NCBI GenBank assembly: GCA_002404835.1
Contig: DHKM01000002.1
Location: 27,866 to 91,865, forward strand
Length of the DNA: 64,000 nt
Origin: Bacillales bacterium UBA4694
GTDB taxonomy: Bacteria > Bacillota_I > Bacilli_A > RFN20 > CAG-288
Reading direction: 5' to 3'
Position 1 is the first letter of the stretch, and each line of letters opens with the position of its first letter. The notes under the pieces are model-generated. The model was given only the letters and a program-made list of their open reading frames with translations. It was not told where the DNA came from and did no database searches. The position numbers and the translations under genes are program-made. Below, piece after piece: positions 59,235-64,000 of the stretch.

Positions 59235-59476
59235 GACACAACCTCGTACATTTCGCCAGCATTGTCGATTGTAGAAACCATCCGGATTTGTTTGATTTTG
59301 GCTTTCACAGTACGACCTAAAGGCGTTGAGATTTCAATCAAGTCGTCCAACTTGACTTCCAACGATGGTTTAGCAACTTTACCATTGACCCTGACGTATC
59401 CTTTGTCGATGAATTCTTTGGCTGCTTCTCTTCTCTTGATGAGACGGGATACTTTTAGATATTTGTCTAAACGCAT
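59231..59476 (-). CDS. S4-domain RNA-binding protein (YabO/Hsp15-like)
   Basis: [38 protein letters not shown]: classic S4 fold signature. 81 aa. Confidence 0.7.
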   Translation of the reverse strand: MRLDKYLKVSRLIKRREAAKEFIDKGYVRVNGKVAKPSLEVKLDDLIEISTPLGRTVKAKIKQIRMVSTIDNAGEMYEVVS

Positions 59477-59584
59477 GATTGATGAACCTCTATATTAGTT
59501 TATCGCAAATTGGTCAAAAGAAAAAGAAAATGATTAAGAAAATTGACTTTGCAATTGATTTCCCGGTTTGCGTGCAAAAAAACG

Positions 59585-59625
59585 GCAAAGAAAAAACCCT
59601 CGGATCGGAACTTCCAAGGGTTTTC
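59585..59625 (-). terminator. Putative terminator after rpsI
   Basis: AACCCT...AGGGTT stem with an internal GGAAgTTCC palindrome and a T-run on the minus strand. Confidence 0.4.
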
Positions 59626-59658
59626 TTTGCTTGGTCTGAGACCAATTCCCGAAGCGAA

Positions 59659-60060
59659 TTAACGCTTGGAGAACTGACCGGACTTTCTTGCTTTGCGGAA
59701 ACCGTACTTCTTACGCTCGACAACTCTGGAATCAACAGTGAGTAATCCAGCAGCTCTGAGCTGAGCACGGAATTCCGGATTGGCCTTGACTAAGGCTCTT
59801 GCGATGCCAAGACGTAAGGCACCGGTTTGTCCGGAGTAGCCACCACCAACGATGTTGGCCTTGATGTCGTACTTACCTTCTGTGCCAGTGACCTTAAGAG
59901 GCTGAGTGGCGTCAAGGATAAGAACTTCATGAGGCAGATATTCGTTGATTTTCTTTCCGTTGATGACGATTTCACCAGTGCCAGGAGTAACGAAGACTCT
60001 GGCAACGGAAGATTTTCTTCTGCCGACGGCAGCGTAGATCAATTTTTCACTCTTTGCCAT
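59659..60060 (-). CDS. rpsI: 30S ribosomal protein S9
   Basis: ...[19 protein letters not shown]...[17 protein letters not shown]-terminus. Confidence 0.95.
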   Translation of the reverse strand: MAKSEKLIYAAVGRRKSSVARVFVTPGTGEIVINGKKINEYLPHEVLILDATQPLKVTGTEGKYDIKANIVGGGYSGQTGALRLGIARALVKANPEFRAQLRAAGLLTVDSRVVERKKYGFRKARKSGQFSKR

Positions 60061-60062
60061 AA

Positions 60063-60518
60063 TTACTTCTCCCTCTTAGCGGTTAATTCGACTTCAATCG
60101 GCTTTCTATCCTGTCTGTCATGTTCAGCGCCTTCATAGACGAAAAGCTTACGGATCATCTGCTTTCCTAAGGATCCCTTCGGAAGCATTCCCCAAACGGC
60201 TCTTCTGACCATTTCAGTAGAATAGTGTTCCTTCATGACCTTGGCGGAACGGGTTCTAAGACCACCATAATTATGACTCTTGTTGTCATAATACATCTTG
60301 TTGTTGATCTTGTTTCCGGTCAACCAAACCTTCGAGCAATTGACGACGATAACGAAGTCACCGCAGTCGAAGTTCGGAGTGTATTCCGGTTTGTTCTTTC
60401 CCATAAGGATGACTGCGATTTCGGAGGCTAATCGACCAAGAGTTTTGTCAGAAGCATCGACGACATACCATTTTTTGGCGACATCGTTCTTCTTATAAAT
60501 TGTTGTTTGACGTGTCAT
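60063..60518 (-). CDS. rplM: 50S ribosomal protein L13
   Basis: [32 protein letters not shown]. The start is the internal Met of the 162-aa ORF. Confidence 0.9.
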   Translation of the reverse strand: MTRQTTIYKKNDVAKKWYVVDASDKTLGRLASEIAVILMGKNKPEYTPNFDCGDFVIVVNCSKVWLTGNKINNKMYYDNKSHNYGGLRTRSAKVMKEHYSTEMVRRAVWGMLPKGSLGKQMIRKLFVYEGAEHDRQDRKPIEVELTAKREK

Positions 60519-60594
60519 TTTGTCAAATATCCTTTCTTGAATCTCGAGCAAACTGTAACCTTACCGGGGTGTAGTTCACAATTAGCCAACGATT

Positions 60595-60623
60595 ATTATA
60601 TTAAATGTTGTCAAGCAAATCAA
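60595..60623 (-). promoter_or_regulatory. rplM-rpsI promoter (TTGATT-17-TATAAT on the minus strand)
   Basis: -35 at plus positions 60618..60623, -10 at 60595..60600, leaving a roughly 75-nt leader. Confidence 0.4.
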
Positions 60624-60645
60624 TTAAAATCCAAATATTTTCAAC

Positions 60646-60670
60646 AAGAAAAAATAGGCTTCCGCCTATT
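60646..60670 (-). terminator. Terminator after the small membrane protein gene
   Basis: AATAGGC-ttcc-GCCTATT hairpin with a T-run on the minus strand. Confidence 0.5.
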
Positions 60671-60989
60671 CTTTCCTTTGTTTCGATAAGAAAAAAGAAC
60701 TTACTTCCGCAATCAGGGATAGACCGAAGAAAATCAATGCGGCAAATGGAATGTAGGATGGGAATCCAATCAGAAGAATGGAGCCGGTCAAACCCAAAAG
60801 CGTAGCAATAAGAAAAAGGAAATGTGCCTTTGTAAATAGTGAAACGAATCCTAGACACCAGATTTCAAGAGAAACGACTAGGACGGCCAACCAAAGTTCG
60901 GAATATCCGCGAAGGAATAGACAGATGAATTCGGATACTGTAGCAAGAATAAGGAGAATGAAAATGAATAAGTTGAGTTTCTTTTTCAT
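60666..60989 (-). CDS. Small 3-4 TM membrane protein
   Basis: 107 aa and very hydrophobic. Lies 6 nt downstream of the esterase lipoprotein gene. Confidence 0.45.
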   Translation of the reverse strand: MKKKLNLFIFILLILATVSEFICLFLRGYSELWLAVLVVSLEIWCLGFVSLFTKAHFLFLIATLLGLTGSILLIGFPSYIPFAALIFFGLSLIAEVSSFFLSKQRKE

Positions 60990-60994
60990 AGTTG

Positions 60995-61948
60995 TTACCT
61001 GAAGAAACGAAGAAGAGAATCAAACAAAGAGACTCTCCAGCTTCTTGCGGAATGATATCCCATCGTTATTTTGACATATTCCGTATTTTCTTTTGTGAAC
61101 CATTCATTTCCGTCTTTGAGCAGTTCATCTACCATCTTCCGATGTTTGTTATAGGCAAAATCGAAAATCCCGTCAGCATTGAACATATAATTTATCTTAC
61201 AGCCATCGTATTTTTCTTGATTGAAGGCATCTAAGATCAAACTGCTGTCAATGGAGGAAGAATAGCATCCGAAATAGGAAAAATAGTCAAAATTCGAAAC
61301 CATGCCTGCTTTTAAGGTGAGTCTGGCTCCATTTGACAGACCGGCAATGGCCCTGTGGTCTCTAGAGGCCTTCAGTCCGGCCTCATCTTGACTTGAACTG
61401 TGGGTTGAATACTTCGCTTCCACGTTCGGAACGATATCGTACCTCAGTTCGTTGCTGAAATTCTGATTGGATTTTTCTTTTACGGGTGAATAGTCTTTGA
61501 TGTTCTTGATGGTGTCGTCCCCATATAATCCATAACTGTATGTGTTTGGGCAGACCACGATGAGAGGTTCGATGATTTGATTGTAAATCATATTGTCGAG
61601 CACTTTTTTTGCCTGAATGGTATCAAACCATGTGTTGATATGATCGACGCTCTGTTTGTCTGTCCCATGAAGCAAATAAAGAATGTCGTACTTTTTTTCT
61701 TTGCTATATTGATAAGGTAAATAGACGTTGCATTTTTTTGTTTCCGTTTTGTTGCTGTTGTCGACATAATCCCTTGTTTCGTAGGATAAGCTTTCGATGG
61801 TCCCCTTTTCGGAAATATCGCTGTCCAGATATTTGCTTTCTACATCCCATGTCTGAATACTAGCAGTATCGGATTGTCTGTTAGAACAGCCACAGCAGGA
61901 GATTGCAATCAAAGTGGCGGCAAGAAGCAACGCATGGCGATTTTTCAT
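60995..61948 (-). CDS. Lipoprotein of the putative esterase (alpha/beta-hydrolase, enterochelin-esterase-like) family
   Basis: LLAATLIAISCCGCSN lipobox. YDILYLLHGTD...IVVCPNTYSYG matches the 'putative esterase' (PF00756-like) pattern. An AAGGAG RBS precedes the start. Confidence 0.6.
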   Translation of the reverse strand: MKNRHALLLAATLIAISCCGCSNRQSDTASIQTWDVESKYLDSDISEKGTIESLSYETRDYVDNSNKTETKKCNVYLPYQYSKEKKYDILYLLHGTDKQSVDHINTWFDTIQAKKVLDNMIYNQIIEPLIVVCPNTYSYGLYGDDTIKNIKDYSPVKEKSNQNFSNELRYDIVPNVEAKYSTHSSSQDEAGLKASRDHRAIAGLSNGARLTLKAGMVSNFDYFSYFGCYSSSIDSSLILDAFNQEKYDGCKINYMFNADGIFDFAYNKHRKMVDELLKDGNEWFTKENTEYVKITMGYHSARSWRVSLFDSLLRFFR

Positions 61949-61972
61949 TTAGATCTCCTTGAATTCATAATA

Positions 61973-62010
61973 AGGGTCTGCAATGTTGCAGACCCTATTG
62001 TTTTATTTTT
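61973..62010. terminator. GC-rich hairpin plus T-run between the small-TM gene and the esterase gene
   Basis: AGGGTCTGCAA-tgt-TGCAGACCCT followed by ATTGTTTTATTTTT on the plus strand. Its orientation relative to the minus-strand genes is ambiguous. Confidence 0.4.
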
Positions 62011-62419
62011 CGGAAACGGCAGTTTTTTCTTTTGAAAGACCGATAGAGAACCCGACGGCGGTTAGAACGGTTGCCAAAATATCGAAAATCCAGAAGAGGA
62101 AGAAAGCGACGTCAAAACTGTTTCCGTCGACACCGAAGGCGACATTGGAGATGAACAGCATTTCCGTATTAAGAAGGACGGTTAACGATGAAGCGTAGAG
62201 AACGACCGGAACAATTCCGAGAATTCCGAAATCTTTGAAAAGGCAGAGAATATTTGTGATCAGACCGATGACAAGAAGAACAACGGCTGCTGCAGAGACA
62301 GGGGAAAGGTAATTTCCACCTCTTGCGGTATAGACAATTAGAGTGAGAAGGGCAAAAAGGAAACCGAGAGCAGACAGATAGAAACCGGTTTTCTTGCCGG
62401 AAAGGAATTTTTTCAGCAT
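62003..62419 (-). CDS. Small 4-TM membrane protein, paralog of 11519..11950, coupled to GH3
   Basis: 138 aa. Its start abuts the stop of GH3 paralog 3. Clearly similar to the 11519..11950 protein. Confidence 0.55.
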   Translation of the reverse strand: MLKKFLSGKKTGFYLSALGFLFALLTLIVYTARGGNYLSPVSAAAVVLLVIGLITNILCLFKDFGILGIVPVVLYASSLTVLLNTEMLFISNVAFGVDGNSFDVAFFLFWIFDILATVLTAVGFSIGLSKEKTAVSEK

Positions 62420-63976
62420 TTATCTTTCCTCCTTCTTGGAGACGGCGAAATTGTAGACAATAAGACCTAATGATGCAGCCGTCAAAACGGACGAGACGCT
62501 GACTAGAGCGATAAGAGCATTATCATACCAGGTATTGACATTGACAATACGGCTAGAAGAGGTAAGTCCGTTCATTGCAGCACTGTTGGCAAAGTTGTAA
62601 AGCTGACGATGGATGGCTTCTCTCATGTTGGACATCAATTTGTAGTCTTTTGTGATATCGATACCCTTGAGATAGTTGGCAAATCCAGTTCCGGATGTAC
62701 AGAACATGGTAGTTCCGGCTTCATAGGCGAGCTGCGGTTCCATCAAAGAACCCTGTTTCTGTCCGAAGTCTGTCGTGACATTTCCTTTGAATCCCCATTC
62801 CTTTTCCATGACATTCTTCCAAAGATTGGAATGGTGTCCGGTCCAGACGAGTCCGAGTCTGTTGAATCCGCCCATGACGGCAGAGCAGGACTTATCATCA
62901 TCACCTGTGGTTTCGAAGGCATATTGGAAGGCTCTGAGGTAGTTTTCACGGATGGCCTGTTCATTAGAGAATGTGCAAACGCCGATACGATTTGTTTCTT
63001 GGTCATTGAGGAAGAAATGCTTCAGATAAGGAATGGTACCCTTTTCCATAGCACCCTTGACTTCTTTTTCACATAGTTTGCCGGCTAAATAACCATCTTC
63101 AGAATAATATTCAAAGTTTCTTCCTCCGCAAGCGGTACGGTGAGTATTTGCGGCAGGACCATACCATCCAACTCCTCCTCCCCAAAGTCCTTCTTCTCCG
63201 AATGAGAGACCGACTTTGTAGGTCAAATCAGCATTCCAAGTACCGGCAATAATGGTTTCGGTCGGATAAGAAACCATAAGTTCGTCGGTTTTCTTTACAT
63301 TTTCGGCATCGTATTGTTTGGTGTAGTCTTCGATGTAATTTGATTTTGTCCAAGCGGAAGGACCATCGACAGCAGTTGTGGCATTAAGACCGACGGATTC
63401 GATTTTATTTCTTCCCTGAGCAGTTGAGGAAAGATAATCGTCGATGGTAAGCTGATCCAGAAGTTTGTTCCAGTTCTCATCGTCGTAATCGGCACCGATC
63501 ATCATGGCAAGTGTGTATTTCTTCTCTGCACCTGTTGTGATCTTGGATGTATCGGAATCTCCCTTCACATAGGCAGAAGGAGATGTTGTTCCATCATTCT
63601 TGCTGGAATAATAGGAATCGATTTCCTTGATCATTTGATCCGTTGCTGTCAAAGAAACGGTTTCCGGATACGTCTTGTCCCAATCACTTCTGGAAAGATA
63701 GGTGATTTCTTGATTGGTTCCTTTGGTGTAGTAGTTCAAGTCGGTGGAGTCAAACTGGTTGGTGACGTTGGCTTTGGTAGCACTTAGACGGTATTCATCT
63801 TTGTCGAATGCGGTCTTGGTGACTTTTCTTACTTTGCTGGCCTCTCCTTTTTGATCCATTCTTCCCTTCTGATCAGAAGTGACTTTCATTTCAAGAATGT
63901 TGTTCAAGGCATCATGGGCACTATCTCCGATAGCAAAGTAGTAGTCGCCCTGCTCTAAGACATAGGTCTTATTCAA
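62420..63976 (-). CDS. GH3 glycosidase paralog 3 (C-terminal part; continues past the window end), permuted, with a C-terminal TM anchor
   Basis: Fn3-like piece YVLEQGDYYFAIGDSAHDALNN, a TIM-barrel region YLKHFFLNDQETNR and GFKGNVTTDFG, then the TM helix ALIALVSVSSVLTAASLGLIVY. Confidence 0.8.
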   Translation of the reverse strand: MNKTYVLEQGDYYFAIGDSAHDALNNILEMKVTSDQKGRMDQKGEASKVRKVTKTAFDKDEYRLSATKANVTNQFDSTDLNYYTKGTNQEITYLSRSDWDKTYPETVSLTATDQMIKEIDSYYSSKNDGTTSPSAYVKGDSDTSKITTGAEKKYTLAMMIGADYDDENWNKLLDQLTIDDYLSSTAQGRNKIESVGLNATTAVDGPSAWTKSNYIEDYTKQYDAENVKKTDELMVSYPTETIIAGTWNADLTYKVGLSFGEEGLWGGGVGWYGPAANTHRTACGGRNFEYYSEDGYLAGKLCEKEVKGAMEKGTIPYLKHFFLNDQETNRIGVCTFSNEQAIRENYLRAFQYAFETTGDDDKSCSAVMGGFNRLGLVWTGHHSNLWKNVMEKEWGFKGNVTTDFGQKQGSLMEPQLAYEAGTTMFCTSGTGFANYLKGIDITKDYKLMSNMREAIHRQLYNFANSAAMNGLTSSSRIVNVNTWYDNALIALVSVSSVLTAASLGLIVYNFAVSKKEER

Positions 63977-64000
63977 AGTGTAGTCATAACTGGCGATGTC

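Overview
This window reads as a low-GC Firmicutes chromosome segment, Erysipelotrichia/Mollicutes-like in protein style but using the standard genetic code (TGA terminates copA and the small HMA gene). It has no rRNA, tRNA, CRISPR, transposase or integrase. The backbone is housekeeping: rbgA-rnhB-dprA-topA, csoR-copA, prmC-prfA, tadA, groES-groEL with a CIRCE operator, ttcA with a cysteine desulfurase, rdgB, pth-mfd, yabO-divIC-tilS, rplM-rpsI, coaX with an ECF S-component, and an Fe-type alcohol dehydrogenase. Between these lie accessory cell-surface modules. (1) Three paralogous, circularly permuted GH3 glycosidases, one of them 1379 aa. Each is tethered by a C-terminal TM helix rather than a sortase signal, and two are translationally coupled to paralogous small 4-TM proteins. 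(2) A peptide-sensing-type AgrC/LytTR two-component system with no pheromone or AgrB gene in view. It sits beside the largest GH3, and a direct-repeat pair lies upstream of that gene's promoter. (3) A translationally coupled SWIM zinc-finger protein plus a SNF2-family helicase of unknown function, the best candidate here for an uncharacterised DNA-targeting or defence-like system. (4) Two divergently transcribed giant paralogous surface proteins of 1388 and 1593 aa flanking a TM-anchored partner gene. (5) A zinc-ribbon / 621-aa membrane protein / LemA operon. (6) A GGDEF plus variant HD-GYP fusion protein with a Cys-rich N-terminus. Coordinates of small regulatory features (terminators, promoters, repeats) were counted by hand and may be off by a few bases.
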